A stretch of DNA of 32,720 nucleotides from Chromatiales bacterium (lineage in GTDB: Bacteria; Pseudomonadota; Gammaproteobacteria; Chromatiales; Chromatiaceae): the NCBI GenBank assembly GCA_050050175.1, contig JASFUT010000001.1, forward strand, positions 1-32,720, in the 5' to 3' direction. Below the pieces are notes generated by a model, which worked only from the letters and a program-made list of their open reading frames with translations, was not told the origin of the DNA and did not search any database. This document shows positions 1 to 9,361 of this stretch, in pieces (position 1 is the first letter of the stretch; the number at the start of each line of letters is the position of its first letter). Both the position numbers and the translations under genes were made by a program.

Positions 1-63
1 CCGCCGCTGCTGCACACGGTGCGCGGCATCGGCTACCAGCTCGCCGAGCCGGATGCCCGTTAG
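1..63 (+). CDS. 3' end of an OmpR/PhoB-type response regulator (partial, runs off the left edge)
   Basis: Frame 1 reads PPLLHTVRGIGYQLAEPDAR then TAG at 61-63. VRGxGYxL is the typical C-terminal winged-helix tail of OmpR-family regulators. It overlaps by 11 nt the ATG (53) of the downstream histidine kinase, a classic RR-HK operon arrangement. Confidence 0.6.
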   Translation, partial: PPLLHTVRGIGYQLAEPDAR

Positions 64-1336
64 ACACAGCCTGCGGGTGCGCGTCTCCGTCGCCTTCGCC
101 CTCTTCGGCGGGGCGGTCAGCCTGGCTCTGGCCGCCGGTATCTATCTGGTCTTTCAGGACCTGGAGCAGCGCCTGATCGACGAGACGCTGACCGCGGAGC
201 TGGAGGACTACATCGCCCGGCGTTCGCGCAACCCGCACTCCCTGCCGGAGGCGACCGCCACGATCCGCGCCTATGTGATCGCCCCGGACGGCGGAACCCG
301 CAGCGTGCCCCGCCCCCTCCTCGACCTTGAGCCGGGGCGCCACCGGGTGGTGCTCGGCGACACCGTCTACCGCGCCGCGGTCAGGCCGGTCGAGCGCCAG
401 CGGTTCGTCGTGCTCTACAATGAGAGTCGGCTGATCGAGCGCGAGCGCACCTTTCTCGCCCTTCTCGTGGGCGCCGCCGTGCTGATGGTCGGACTCTCTG
501 CGGTGGCGGGAAGCTGGCTGGCGCGGCGCATGACCGCCCCGGTTACGGATCTGGTCAAGCGGGTGGCGGGCCTGCGCCCGGAAGACGCCCCGGACTCCCT
601 GGAATCGGAATTCGAGTGGGACGAGGTGCGCGAGCTCGCCCACGACTTCGACATCTATCTGGAGCGGCTGCGCGCGTTCATCCAGCGCGAGCGGCTGTTC
701 ACGGGCGACATCAGCCATGAGCTGCGCACCCCGCTCGCGGTGAGCAGCGGGGCGGTCCAGATTCTTCTCTCCGACGACGCTCTGCCCGAGGCCGCGCGCG
801 AGCGTGTCGGGCGGATCGCCCGCGCCATGCGCGAGATGCAGGAGATCACCGACGCGCTCCTCGCCCTCGCCCGGGAGCAGGACCAAGGCACAGCCAGCGC
901 CGAGCCGTGCGACGTCGCCCAGGTGATGGAAGACGTCCTCGCCAAGCAGCGCGAGCTGTTCCGGGGCAAGCCGGTGCAAGTGGAGCTGGAGCTCGCGGCC
1001 TCCCCGGTGGTCGCGGCGGAGCGCCCTCTTCTGGCGGTGGTGCTGGGCAACCTGCTGCGCAATGCCTTCGCCTACACCGATCGGGGGCGGATCATTGTAC
1101 GGCTGGACGCCTGCTGCGTAAGCATCGAAGACAACGGGCCCGGAATCGCCCCGGAGGACCGTGAGCGGGTCTTCCGGCCCTACTATCGGGGCGCCCGAAG
1201 CTCGGGCGCAGGGCTGGGGCTGTCTCTGGTGCGCCGCATCTGCGAGCGCTACGGATGGTCGATCGACCTGGTCCCCACTGCATCCGGGGGGACCCGGGCC
1301 GAGCTGCGCTTCACCGGACGGAGGCCGCCGATTTAA
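53..1336 (+). CDS. Two-component sensor histidine kinase (2 TM segments, HAMP-like linker, HisKA, HATPase_c)
   Basis: 427-aa ORF with an N-terminal TM segment (VAFALFGGAVSLALAAGIYLV) and a second TM (FLALLVGAAVLMVGLSAV). It has the H-box FTGDISHELRTPL, an N-box LLRNAFAY, and G-boxes DNGPGI and GAGLGLSLV. Confidence 0.88.
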   Translation: MPVRHSLRVRVSVAFALFGGAVSLALAAGIYLVFQDLEQRLIDETLTAELEDYIARRSRNPHSLPEATATIRAYVIAPDGGTRSVPRPLLDLEPGRHRVVLGDTVYRAAVRPVERQRFVVLYNESRLIERERTFLALLVGAAVLMVGLSAVAGSWLARRMTAPVTDLVKRVAGLRPEDAPDSLESEFEWDEVRELAHDFDIYLERLRAFIQRERLFTGDISHELRTPLAVSSGAVQILLSDDALPEAARERVGRIARAMREMQEITDALLALAREQDQGTASAEPCDVAQVMEDVLAKQRELFRGKPVQVELELAASPVVAAERPLLAVVLGNLLRNAFAYTDRGRIIVRLDACCVSIEDNGPGIAPEDRERVFRPYYRGARSSGAGLGLSLVRRICERYGWSIDLVPTASGGTRAELRFTGRRPPI

Positions 1337-1438
1337 CGCTCGCTTGACGCCCCCTTCCCGCTGGCTTCACGTGGCCCGCCGTATGCTGTCTTACAGGTAC
1401 TTGGACCAACACCGCCTTCCCGGCGGGGAGGCCTCACC

Positions 1439-1753
1439 ATGCAGCATTGCGAGCACATCGACCAGGCCCAGTCACTCCACCGCGCGCCCTCTCTGGGGCC
1501 GCTCGCCCTGGCCGCGGGCGCCCTTGCCCTGCTTGTCCTCGCCGGACCCGGATGGGCGGTGGTCGGCGGTGTCTTCGCGGCGATGCTCCTGGCGCTTACC
1601 GAGCGCATCGCCACGCCGGCGGTCGAGCCGGAGCGCCGCGGCGCAAAGCGCGTCCTCGACGGCGGCACGGCGACGGCACGGCGCCCCGAGCCGGCCCGGA
1701 CGCCATCGGTCCTGCACACGCACGACGGGGGCAGCTTCGAGCGAGGCCTCTGA
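1439..1753 (+). CDS. Hypothetical small membrane protein (104 aa, two hydrophobic segments)
   Basis: GGGGAGG sits 7 nt upstream of the ATG. Third-position GC is very high in this frame. Hydrophobic stretch LGPLALAAGALALLVLAGPGWAVVGGVFAAMLLAL. I recognise no family. Confidence 0.45.
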   Translation: MQHCEHIDQAQSLHRAPSLGPLALAAGALALLVLAGPGWAVVGGVFAAMLLALTERIATPAVEPERRGAKRVLDGGTATARRPEPARTPSVLHTHDGGSFERGL

Positions 1754-2213
1754 GCCCGGACATCCACCCGGCGGTGCCCCGGCAACGGGAGTCCGCACGA
1801 CAGTGCCCCTCTTCCCGGCCGGGTTCGACACCATAAACGCCGCCGTGGACCGCCTCGAGAGTGACACGGCCGAGGCCCGCCCCGTGGAGGGCCGCCGGAG
1901 GGTCACGACCGGAACAGCCCCGCCCTACCCGGCGCTACGCCCCCGACATGACCGGGATGGATCGGGAGCGGGTCATCGCGGCGCGTCGGAGTGTATCCTC
2001 GGGCCGACGAACAGCAGCACACGTCCGGCTTCGGGGACTGGTCCCGGCAAAGCCGGCCCAGGGTCGGCACACCGGCGAGGCCCGGCACCGTTCGCGCGCC
2101 CCGACTGGCCGGGTAATTGACGGCCGTCCGGACCGAGCGCACTATCGGGCTCCCCGCGGCAGGGGTACTGCCGGGATCTCACCTTCTTCCGGGGTCCAGG
2201 AGGCCCCATTCCC

Positions 2214-2726
2214 ATGTCCGGTAATTCATGCTCGCGAACGCTCGCCGCGATGGCGGCGATGGTCTGTGCGTCGGGGGCGGGGACCGCAGGGGCCGACGAC
2301 GGCATGCAGGGCATAGAGCGCGGCCGGTATCTGGTGGCCATCATGGACTGCACCGGCTGCCATACGGACGGCGCGCTCCTCGGCCGGCCCGACGCCGATC
2401 GCTACCTGGCCGGGTCGGAGGTCGGCCTTGGCGGCCCGCAGGGCGTGGTCTATCCGCCCAACCTGACGCCGGATCCGGAAACCGGACTCGGCCGCTGGTC
2501 GGACGAGGAGATCATTGCGGCCTTCACCTCCGGCCACCGACCCGACGGACGCTTGCTCTCGCCCGCCATGCCCTGGCCCAGCTACGCCCACCTGACCGGC
2601 GAGGACGCCCTGGCCGTCGTCGCCTACCTGCGCTCCCTGCCGGCGGTCGATCATCGGGCGCCCTCTGCGGTCCCGGCGGGAGGGAAGCCGGTGTTTCCGT
2701 ACCTGGCGGTCAGGCCGGTGGACTGA
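2214..2726 (+). CDS. Periplasmic mono-haem c-type cytochrome
   Basis: 170 aa with a signal-like N-terminus (LAAMAAMVCASGAGTAGA) and a single CXXCH (DCTGCHTD). The downstream pattern NLTPDPETGLGRWSDEEI ... MPW ... LRSLP is typical of cytochrome c subunits of the dehydrogenase-associated class. AGGAGG lies 10 nt upstream of the ATG. Confidence 0.8.
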   Translation: MSGNSCSRTLAAMAAMVCASGAGTAGADDGMQGIERGRYLVAIMDCTGCHTDGALLGRPDADRYLAGSEVGLGGPQGVVYPPNLTPDPETGLGRWSDEEIIAAFTSGHRPDGRLLSPAMPWPSYAHLTGEDALAVVAYLRSLPAVDHRAPSAVPAGGKPVFPYLAVRPVD

Positions 2727-3186
2727 GCGCGGCACCGGCGTCCCGGACGGGGCGGTTGCCGGGGGCTGCCGGCCCGAGGCATGACTGCGCCCACGACGGC
2801 CAACCCTGTCAAGCAGGCTCAGCGGCGGCCGGCTCAGCACCGGCTCGTCCGCAGCACCTCCCTCACCCCCGATCCTCTCTCCGTCCGGGGGCGAGGCGGC
2901 GTTGCGGCAGTGTCCGGAGGCGGAGAAGAGGCGCCTGCACCGCCCTGCCCTGTTCCGCCGGTTGCGATCGCGAGAAAGGTCGTGCAGAGTCTTCCTCGGG
3001 TCGCCCGATCGCCCTCTTCCCTTCCGGGTCGAGGGGACCGGCCGGCGGCGCCCGACAGGCCGGGGACGCCCGGGGCGCCAAGGCTGGCCCATGGAGGCTG
3101 GGCGGCCCGGGTGATTGTTCGCGATCTGCGTCAGGTTGTTCTGTACGTGGGGGAGCCGTTTACTTGTCGTCGCTCGGAGGCTGGGG

Positions 3187-3426
3187 ATGTTTCGAATCAG
3201 CAAGCTTGGACCGAGGCAGGAGCCGAAGTGGAAGGTGTCGACCAGGGCGGGTGTGATGTTCCGTGAGTGCGCGCAGACCCAACGAATTCAATACCGGGAC
3301 TGCGGGACCGGTACCTGGATCGACGTCGAGGGCCCCGCCGCCCTGGCCTGGCTGATCCGCAGCGCCCAGGAGGTGTCGCGAGACGCCCCCCCATGGATTC
3401 GCAATCGGAAGGCCGAGCAGACCTGA
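3187..3426 (+). CDS. Hypothetical small protein (79 aa; alternative ATG at 3256 gives 56 aa)
   Basis: GGAGG lies 6 nt upstream of ATG 3187. Third-position GC is about 80 percent in this frame, inside an otherwise non-coding-looking 0.9-kb gap. I recognise no family (MFRISKLGPRQEPKWK...CGTGTWIDVEGPAALAWLIRS). Confidence 0.35.
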   Translation: MFRISKLGPRQEPKWKVSTRAGVMFRECAQTQRIQYRDCGTGTWIDVEGPAALAWLIRSAQEVSRDAPPWIRNRKAEQT

Positions 3427-3673
3427 GCCCGGGGGCCGGGGCTCTCGCGCAGGGCAGCGCGCCGGAGGCCCCGCGTCTGCCCCGATCGGGACCGTCGGGC
3501 GGCGGACCCGCACCCGCGCCATCCCCCACCGACAGCCCCAGCGGCCCGTGCTCTGTACGGGAATTACGGATTGACCCGACCTGTCCTGTGCTGTCCCCTG
3601 CATTAGAAGGGGATTTGCGCCGCGCGCAATGGCGTTTCCGCCCAAGCCGGGCGACGAGCCGACGAGGACGGTC

Positions 3674-5164
3674 ATGTACATCCTGACGACCCGCGACAAG
3701 CTGCTGGCCAGCCTGGGGCTGATCCTGGTCGCGGGCTTCCTCGGCGTGAACTTCGCCAATCTGCAGGTCTCCAGCGACTCGGTCCGGGAGACGCTGATCA
3801 AGAACGAGCTCCCCCTGACCAGCAACAACATCTACTCGGAGATCCAGGCGAGCCTGCTGCGCCCCATCTACATCTCGTCGCTCATGGCGAACGACACCTT
3901 CCTTAAGGACTGGATGCTCTCCGGAGAAGGGGACCCGGCCCCCGTCACCAAGTACCTGAAGGAGATCCAGCGCAAGTACGACGTGTTCTCCACCTTCGTG
4001 GTCTCGGACCTGACGAAGAACTACTACCACTTCGCGGGGATCCTCAAGCAGGTCTCACCCGAGGCCGAGAAAGACCGGTGGTTCTTCACCATGAAAGATC
4101 ATCCCGGCAATTACCGGGTGGACATCGACCGCAACGAGGCAGCCAACTGGCGGCTGACCATATTCGTCAATCACAAGATCTACGATTACGACGGCAAGTT
4201 CATGGGTGTGACCGGCCTCGGGCTGGACGCGGTCGCGGTCTCGGAGCTGATCCAGCACTACAAGGAGCGCTACGACCGCGACATCTACTTCGTGGATCGC
4301 GAGGGGATGATCAAGAGCCACGAGAACGACCGCTTCATCGACCGGATGAGCATTCGCGATCAGCCCGGCATCGCGGTGGTGGCGGACCAGGTCCTCAGCG
4401 GCGAGCGCGGCTCCCTCACCTACTCTCGGAACGGGGACAAGGTGTATCTGCGCTTCCGCTACATCCCGGAGCTCGACTGGTACCTGCTGGTGGAGCAGCC
4501 CGAGCAAGAGGCGCTGGCGGAGCTGCGTGGGGCGTTCTACCTGAACCTGGGCATCAGCATGGCGATCACCCTGCTGGTGCTGGTGATCAGCGGCTATACC
4601 GTCAACCGCTTCCAGCGCCGCCTGGAGCAGATGGCACGCACCGACAAGCTGACGGGGCTGTTCAACCGCGAGTTCTTCGAGGCCCTGTTCGAGCAGGCCG
4701 TCAACGCCACCACCCGCCACGAGGAGCCCCTGTCGCTGGTGCTGTTCGACATCGACGAGTTCAAGGACGTCAACGACCGGTACGGGCACCTGGTCGGCGA
4801 CCGGGTGATCCGCGACCTTGCTCTCGTTGCGCGCACGAAGCTGCGCAAGACCGACGTCATTTCGCGCTGGGGCGGCGACGAGTTCATCATCCTGCTCTCG
4901 GACTGCAACCGCAGAGATGCCTGGCGCATCGGCGACCAGCTGCGCCGCGACATCAGAGAGCGCGTGCGCGTTCCCGGGACCGAGCGGCCGGTGACCATCA
5001 GCGTGGGCGTCGCCACCTACCGCAAGCACGAGGACATGGAGCGCCTTCTGGAGCGGGCCGACGCCCAGCTCTACCGGGCCAAGCAGGGCGGGCGCGACCG
5101 GGTGGAGCCCGCGGAGGCGAGCGAGTCCTGGACCCGGAAGAGCGTGATCACCCTCTACCCCTGA
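3674..5164 (+). CDS. Membrane-bound diguanylate cyclase: TM, periplasmic Cache-like sensor, TM, GGDEF
   Basis: The ORF is open from 3629, but ATG 3674 has GAGGA upstream and gives the normal short N-terminus followed by a TM segment (LLASLGLILVAGFLGV). About 270 aa of periplasmic Cache-like sequence follow, then a second TM (LNLGISMAITLLVLVISGY). The C-terminus has the GGDEF signature DKLTGLFNR ... RWGGDEFIILL ... ADAQLYRAKQGGRDRV. Confidence 0.87.
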   Translation: MYILTTRDKLLASLGLILVAGFLGVNFANLQVSSDSVRETLIKNELPLTSNNIYSEIQASLLRPIYISSLMANDTFLKDWMLSGEGDPAPVTKYLKEIQRKYDVFSTFVVSDLTKNYYHFAGILKQVSPEAEKDRWFFTMKDHPGNYRVDIDRNEAANWRLTIFVNHKIYDYDGKFMGVTGLGLDAVAVSELIQHYKERYDRDIYFVDREGMIKSHENDRFIDRMSIRDQPGIAVVADQVLSGERGSLTYSRNGDKVYLRFRYIPELDWYLLVEQPEQEALAELRGAFYLNLGISMAITLLVLVISGYTVNRFQRRLEQMARTDKLTGLFNREFFEALFEQAVNATTRHEEPLSLVLFDIDEFKDVNDRYGHLVGDRVIRDLALVARTKLRKTDVISRWGGDEFIILLSDCNRRDAWRIGDQLRRDIRERVRVPGTERPVTISVGVATYRKHEDMERLLERADAQLYRAKQGGRDRVEPAEASESWTRKSVITLYP

Positions 5165-5180
5165 GCGAATCGTCCGGATG

Positions 5181-5209
5181 GGCGTCCGGACCCGGCTCGC
5201 CCGGACGCC
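5181..5209 (+). terminator. GC-rich hairpin just after the GGDEF gene (possible terminator or REP-like palindrome)
   Basis: GGCGTCCGG (5181-5189) pairs with CCGGACGCC (5201-5209) around an 11-nt loop, 17 nt after the stop codon. There is no T-tract, so intrinsic-terminator function is uncertain. Confidence 0.3.
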
Positions 5210-5278
5210 TGCACTCCCGGCAGGATCCAGCCCGAAAACCCCGGTGCTTCAAGCCCGTGCAACCGCCCGGGTGGGAGC

Positions 5279-5918
5279 ATGACAGGGGTCTACGGACCGT
5301 TCGGCCCCGTCGCCAAGGCGGCGGAGATCCTTTGCGAGCGCCGGATGGGCCCGTTGATCATGTGCGTGCCGGTCTACGGCAGCACGCACTTCGGCGAGCT
5401 CCGCCAGGCGTACCCGCGATCCCGCCGGCCCTGCTGTCCAGCGCCTGAAGGCCCCGGAGCAGGCCGGCGTGGTGGAGCGGCGCGACGACGGGGAATCAGC
5501 TTGGAGTGAGTACCTGCTCACCCGGGCCGCAAGGGATCTGCGGCCGGCGATCGAGGTGCTGGGCGTCCGGGGCAGGCGCCGGGCAGGGGGCCGGCTCGAG
5601 CCGGAGGACCTGAACCCCGGTCTGCTCATGTGGGACATCCGCCGGCGGATCGACGTCCGTGCCATACCGGCGAGGCGGACCGTGCTGCACTTCGCGCCGG
5701 CAGACGTGGCCGAACCCGTGCGTCGCTGGCGGCGGGTGGTGCTCAGGCGCCGGGAGAACCTGCTTCGCCGGGACACCGCCGTCCGACCCGGCGGCAGTCT
5801 CCTGAAGGGCCCGAAGTCCATGGTGCAGGCGTTCTCCTCGGTGCTCGGGCTCAGCCCGCTGCGATCCGGTCCGAGTGCTGGCCCCGATGGACGCCCTGGC
5901 GGAGGGGGCCGCCCTTGA
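5279..5918 (+). pseudogene. HxlR-family transcriptional regulator, apparently disrupted by two single-base frame shifts
   Basis: HxlR-like sequence is spread over three frames. Frame 2 has PVAKAAEILCERRMGPLIM..GSTHFGELRQA. Frame 1 has VPAIPPALLSSA then a stop at 5446-5448. Frame 3 has RLKAPEQAGVVERRDDGE..EYLLTRAARDLRPAIEVLG and a C-terminal extension ending LLKGPKSMVQAFSSVLGLSPL. Confidence 0.45.
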
Positions 5919-6055
5919 CCCGGCGATTCGCCGCGGCCGTCGCTTGGCGAGCACCACCCCTGACAGGCTGTTGAAGAGCGCCGGTTCTCCGGCAGCCCGA
6001 GCGCCGGACAGGGAGGTGCCGCCCTCTTCTATCGTGGTAAGCGATTGAAAATGAG

Positions 6056-6085
6056 GGAAGCCGGAACTCGCGTTCTTCGGCTTCC
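6056..6085 (-). terminator. Hairpin downstream of the nitrilase gene
   Basis: GGAAGCCG (6056-6063) pairs with CGGCTTCC (6078-6085). On the minus strand the hairpin is followed by CTCATTTTCAAT, and it lies in a locally AT-richer patch 40 nt past the nitrilase stop. Confidence 0.45.
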
Positions 6086-6125
6086 GTGTTGAAAAAGGAT
6101 ACGGAAATCCCTCTCCAACATCCTG

Positions 6126-7088
6126 CTACAGGCCTGGGCCCTCTTCGTCTCGCCCCTGGAAACGGATGGGCGACAGGGTCCGTGTGTTGACCCTCAGCTC
6201 GAAGATGTCCGGGCGGGCATAGTGACCGGCCACGTCCAGGCTTCGCCTGGCGACGCCCGCGCGGTCCGGATCGACATCGGCGTAGAGGAGGCCTTCCTCC
6301 CGATGCATGGGTCCGGCCTGGATCCCGCCGCCCGGGGCGATGACGACCGAGTCCCCGGGATTGATCCACTCGTCGGGATCCGGGTACAGGCGCTCCCTGT
6401 CGGGAAGCCCGTCGGGAATGTCCTGCGCCCGCAGTAGATTGCCGCTGCCGACGACCCAGCAGCCCCCTTCCCGCGCGATGTGCTGCAGCGTGCCGATCCA
6501 TGGGTCGCCGCTGTCATAGGTGGGCGCGATGTAGACGTCCACGCCCTGCGCGTACAGGGCGTAGCGGGCCAGCGGCATGTAGCTCTCCCAGCAGATGAGG
6601 GTGCCGATCCGCCCGCAGGGGGTGTCGACCACCCTCAGGCCGCTGGCATCGCCGAATCCCCATACCATGCGCTCGGGATTGGTAGGCATCAGCTTCCTGT
6701 GCCGGTTGTGCTGCCGTCCGTCCGTGCCTATGACCACCATGGTGTTGTAGAGCGTGCCGCGGCTGAGGATCGAGTCGCGCTCGTTCATGCCGCATACGAT
6801 CGTGACCCCGTGCCTCGATGCGGCCTCGCGGAGGGGGTCCAGGGCCGGGCCGCTCAGATCCACCGCGCTGGAGAGCAGGCGCGCGTGCAGGGCCTCCGAC
6901 AACGCCATGTCGCCGCCCGGTTTCAGGCGCCAGATCCACGCCGGATAGCCGGCCACGAACGCCTCGGGAAAGACGACCAGCTCTGCGCCCCCTTCGACGG
7001 CATCCTCGACGGCCCGCACGGCCAGGGCGACCGTCTTCTCGCGATCGAGGAGCACGGGGGCTTTCTGGACCACCGCCAGTCTGGACAT
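6126..7088 (-). CDS. Nitrilase / carbon-nitrogen hydrolase family enzyme
   Basis: The ORF is open to 7142. I prefer ATG 7088 (MSRLAVVQKAP..., G-rich SD 9 nt upstream), which matches the usual nitrilase N-terminus. The catalytic triad context is visible: VVFPEAFVAGYP (Glu), HRKLMP (Lys), LICWESYMP (Cys). Confidence 0.85.
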   Translation of the reverse strand: MSRLAVVQKAPVLLDREKTVALAVRAVEDAVEGGAELVVFPEAFVAGYPAWIWRLKPGGDMALSEALHARLLSSAVDLSGPALDPLREAASRHGVTIVCGMNERDSILSRGTLYNTMVVIGTDGRQHNRHRKLMPTNPERMVWGFGDASGLRVVDTPCGRIGTLICWESYMPLARYALYAQGVDVYIAPTYDSGDPWIGTLQHIAREGGCWVVGSGNLLRAQDIPDGLPDRERLYPDPDEWINPGDSVVIAPGGGIQAGPMHREEGLLYADVDPDRAGVARRSLDVAGHYARPDIFELRVNTRTLSPIRFQGRDEEGPGL

Positions 7089-7230
7089 GGACGCGACCCC
7101 CTCTGGTGGATCGCCCATCGGGATGCGGGCATGCCGAGCCATGGGCGAGCCTTCAGTATAGGGGGCTTGACGAGACGCGTTAAGGCCGGGCGCGCATGCC
7201 GTCGTCGTCCCGCCGGTCCGGGAACCGAAG

Positions 7231-7250
7231 AGGGGGCGCAGCGGCCCCCT
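7231..7250 (-). terminator. Short GC hairpin after the GlcG-like gene
   Basis: AGGGGGC (7231-7237) pairs with GCCCCCT (7244-7250), 25 nt past the stop at 7275. The following U-tract on the minus strand is poor (CTTCGGTTCC). Confidence 0.3.
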
Positions 7251-7274
7251 GGATCCGTCCGCCCCGGCGGTGGG

Positions 7275-7775
7275 TCACATGGCCATCTCGAGGTCCATGC
7301 GGACGGCGTCGACCCCGGCCTGGGCACACTCCTCGTCGACCGCTCCGTCGGGCGCGCCGCTCACCCCGACGCCGCCCACCAGGGAGCCACCCACTTCGAT
7401 GGGCACGCCGCCTGGCGCCATGACCAGGCCGTCGACGCGCCCGATGGGGCCGTCCGCCATATCGGCGAGTGCGGACGTGGCAGCGTTGAAGTTCGCGGCC
7501 GTGTACGCCTTCATGCGGCTGATAGACGCGGTGATGGGCGCGGCGATGGTGTCGCGCAGGGTGACCTGGACATTGCCCTCCCGGTCGACGACGGTGACAC
7601 CGATCTGGATACCCTTCTCAGTGCAGGCCGCCACCGCCCCCTGGGCGATCCGCTGGGCCATGGGCATGGACAGCCGCTTGAGGTCGACCGTGACCGGCGC
7701 GTCTGCAGCCTGGGCGGCCAGCGGCGCGCTCAGCGCGAGGCTCAGGGCGGCGACAGTGATGGCTCTTGTATTCAT
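7275..7775 (-). CDS. Secreted GlcG/HbpS-like (DUF336) haem-binding family protein
   Basis: The ORF is open to 7892, but ATG 7775 is preceded by AGGAGG and yields a signal peptide (MNTRAITVAALSLALSAPLAAQA). The conserved GlcG core is GVTVVDREGN ... SRMKAYTAA ... GGVPI ... GGVGVSGA. Confidence 0.75.
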   Translation of the reverse strand: MNTRAITVAALSLALSAPLAAQAADAPVTVDLKRLSMPMAQRIAQGAVAACTEKGIQIGVTVVDREGNVQVTLRDTIAAPITASISRMKAYTAANFNAATSALADMADGPIGRVDGLVMAPGGVPIEVGGSLVGGVGVSGAPDGAVDEECAQAGVDAVRMDLEMAM

Positions 7776-8060
7776 ATCCCCTCCTAAAGGTCTCTTGTGT
7801 TGGTGCATGGCGGGACCCCGCACCTCGATGCGTCCAGGCAGGGCGACGGCCGCCACGAACAGGATAGATGGCGGCGGACCGGGCGGATGCAAGGTGATAG
7901 CAGCGATATCGGTGTGGGAATCGCCTCGGGCAGCCGGACCGGGGCGCGCTGCTTGCGTGGGTGGACCGGAGCCAGGGAGCGAGACGATCGGGCGCGGCGG
8001 GCGCGGGTCTTGACGAAACGCGACTCGGCAGGACGATGCCGGCGGATGCCCGCAAGCGCC

Positions 8061-9284
8061 TCAGGCGCCGTAGTGGGCCCGGACGTAGTCGTCGAGGATC
8101 TGCTTGAACTCCTCGGCGATGTGATCGCCCTTGAGGGTGACGGTCTTCTCACCGTCGACGTAGACCGGGGCGGCGGGGCGCTCCCCACTGCCCGGCAGGC
8201 TGATTCCGAGGTTGGCGTGCCTGCTCTCGCCGGGACCGTTGACCACGCAGCCCATCACGGCCACGGTCATCTCCTCCACGCCGGGGTACTCGCGCTGCCA
8301 GAGGGGCATGCGACCGCGCATGTATGCCTGGATATCCTGGGCGAGCTGCTGGAAGTAGGTGCTGGTGGTGCGACCGCAGCCCGGGCAGGCCACGACCACG
8401 GGCGCGAAGGAGCGCAGACCCATCGACTGAAGGATCTCCTGGGCGACCAGCACCTCCCGGGTGCGGTCGCCGCCGGGCTCGGGCGTCAGGGAGATGCGGA
8501 TGGTGTCGCCTATGCCCTCCTGGAGCAGCACCGCGAGCGCCGCGGTGGACGCGACTATGCCCTTGGAGCCCATGCCGGCCTCGGTGAGGCCCAGGTGCAG
8601 GGCGTAGTCGCAACGCCCGGCCAGCATCCGGTAGACCCCGATCAGGTCCTGGACGCCGCTCATCTTGCAGGAGAGGATGATGCGGTCCCGCCCAAGCCCC
8701 AGCTCCTCGGCGCGGCGGGCGCTGTCCAGGGCCGAGGCGACCATGATCTCGCGGGTCATCTCGTCCGCGTCCCTCGGCTCGGGTGCGCGGGCGTTCTCGT
8801 CCATCATACGCGCCACCAGCTCCGCGTCCAGGCTGCCCCAGTTGACGCCGATGCGCACGGGCTTGCCGAAGCGGCAGGCGGTCTCGATCATGGCGGCGAA
8901 CTGGGCGTCCTTCTTGTCGCCGCGGCCCACGTTGCCGGGATTGATCCGGTATTTGGCCAGCGCCTCGGCGCACCCGGGATAGCGGGTGAGCAGCCGATGC
9001 CCGTTGTAGTGGAAGTCGCCCACCAGCGGCACGCCCACGCCCTGGCGGTCCAGGGCCTCGCGGATGGCGGGCACGGCGCGGGCCGCATCGTCGTTGTTCA
9101 CCGTGATGCGCACCAGCTCGGAGCCGGCGCGGGCCAGGTCTGCCACCTGACGCACGGTGGCGGTCGCGTCCGCGGTATCGGTGTTGGTCATGGATTGCAC
9201 GACCACGGGCGCGCCGCCGCCGACCCGGACGCCGCCGACGCCCACGCCGACGGTGGAATGACGCTGGATGGGGGTTGCCGACAT
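8061..9284 (-). CDS. ispG: 4-hydroxy-3-methylbut-2-en-1-yl diphosphate synthase (MEP pathway)
   Basis: 407 aa. Characteristic IspG/GcpE sequence: [68 protein letters not shown] (three Fe-S cysteines). Confidence 0.93.
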   Translation of the reverse strand: MSATPIQRHSTVGVGVGGVRVGGGAPVVVQSMTNTDTADATATVRQVADLARAGSELVRITVNNDDAARAVPAIREALDRQGVGVPLVGDFHYNGHRLLTRYPGCAEALAKYRINPGNVGRGDKKDAQFAAMIETACRFGKPVRIGVNWGSLDAELVARMMDENARAPEPRDADEMTREIMVASALDSARRAEELGLGRDRIILSCKMSGVQDLIGVYRMLAGRCDYALHLGLTEAGMGSKGIVASTAALAVLLQEGIGDTIRISLTPEPGGDRTREVLVAQEILQSMGLRSFAPVVVACPGCGRTTSTYFQQLAQDIQAYMRGRMPLWQREYPGVEEMTVAVMGCVVNGPGESRHANLGISLPGSGERPAAPVYVDGEKTVTLKGDHIAEEFKQILDDYVRAHYGA

Positions 9285-9361
9285 TGGGGCCGACCGGGTT
9301 GCCCAGAGGGCCCCACATCATACCCGATGCGGCGGGCCCGCGGCAGACCACCGGGGGACCC

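Noticed and set aside
1161-2353. ORF 1161-2120 (319 aa) and several overlapping ORFs between the kinase and cytochrome c genes
   Set aside because: ORF 1161-2120 starts inside the kinase gene out of frame and is Ser/Arg/Pro/Ala-rich without motifs. Only the 104-aa ORF 1439-1753 shows an SD, coding-type GC3 and hydrophobic segments.
2781-3266. 161-aa ORF in the cytochrome c / GGDEF gap
   Set aside because: It is a Pro/Arg/Gly/Ala-rich low-complexity translation with many T-ending codons after the first 100 nt, no SD and no motifs. It overlaps the better-supported mini-ORF 3187-3426 in a different frame.
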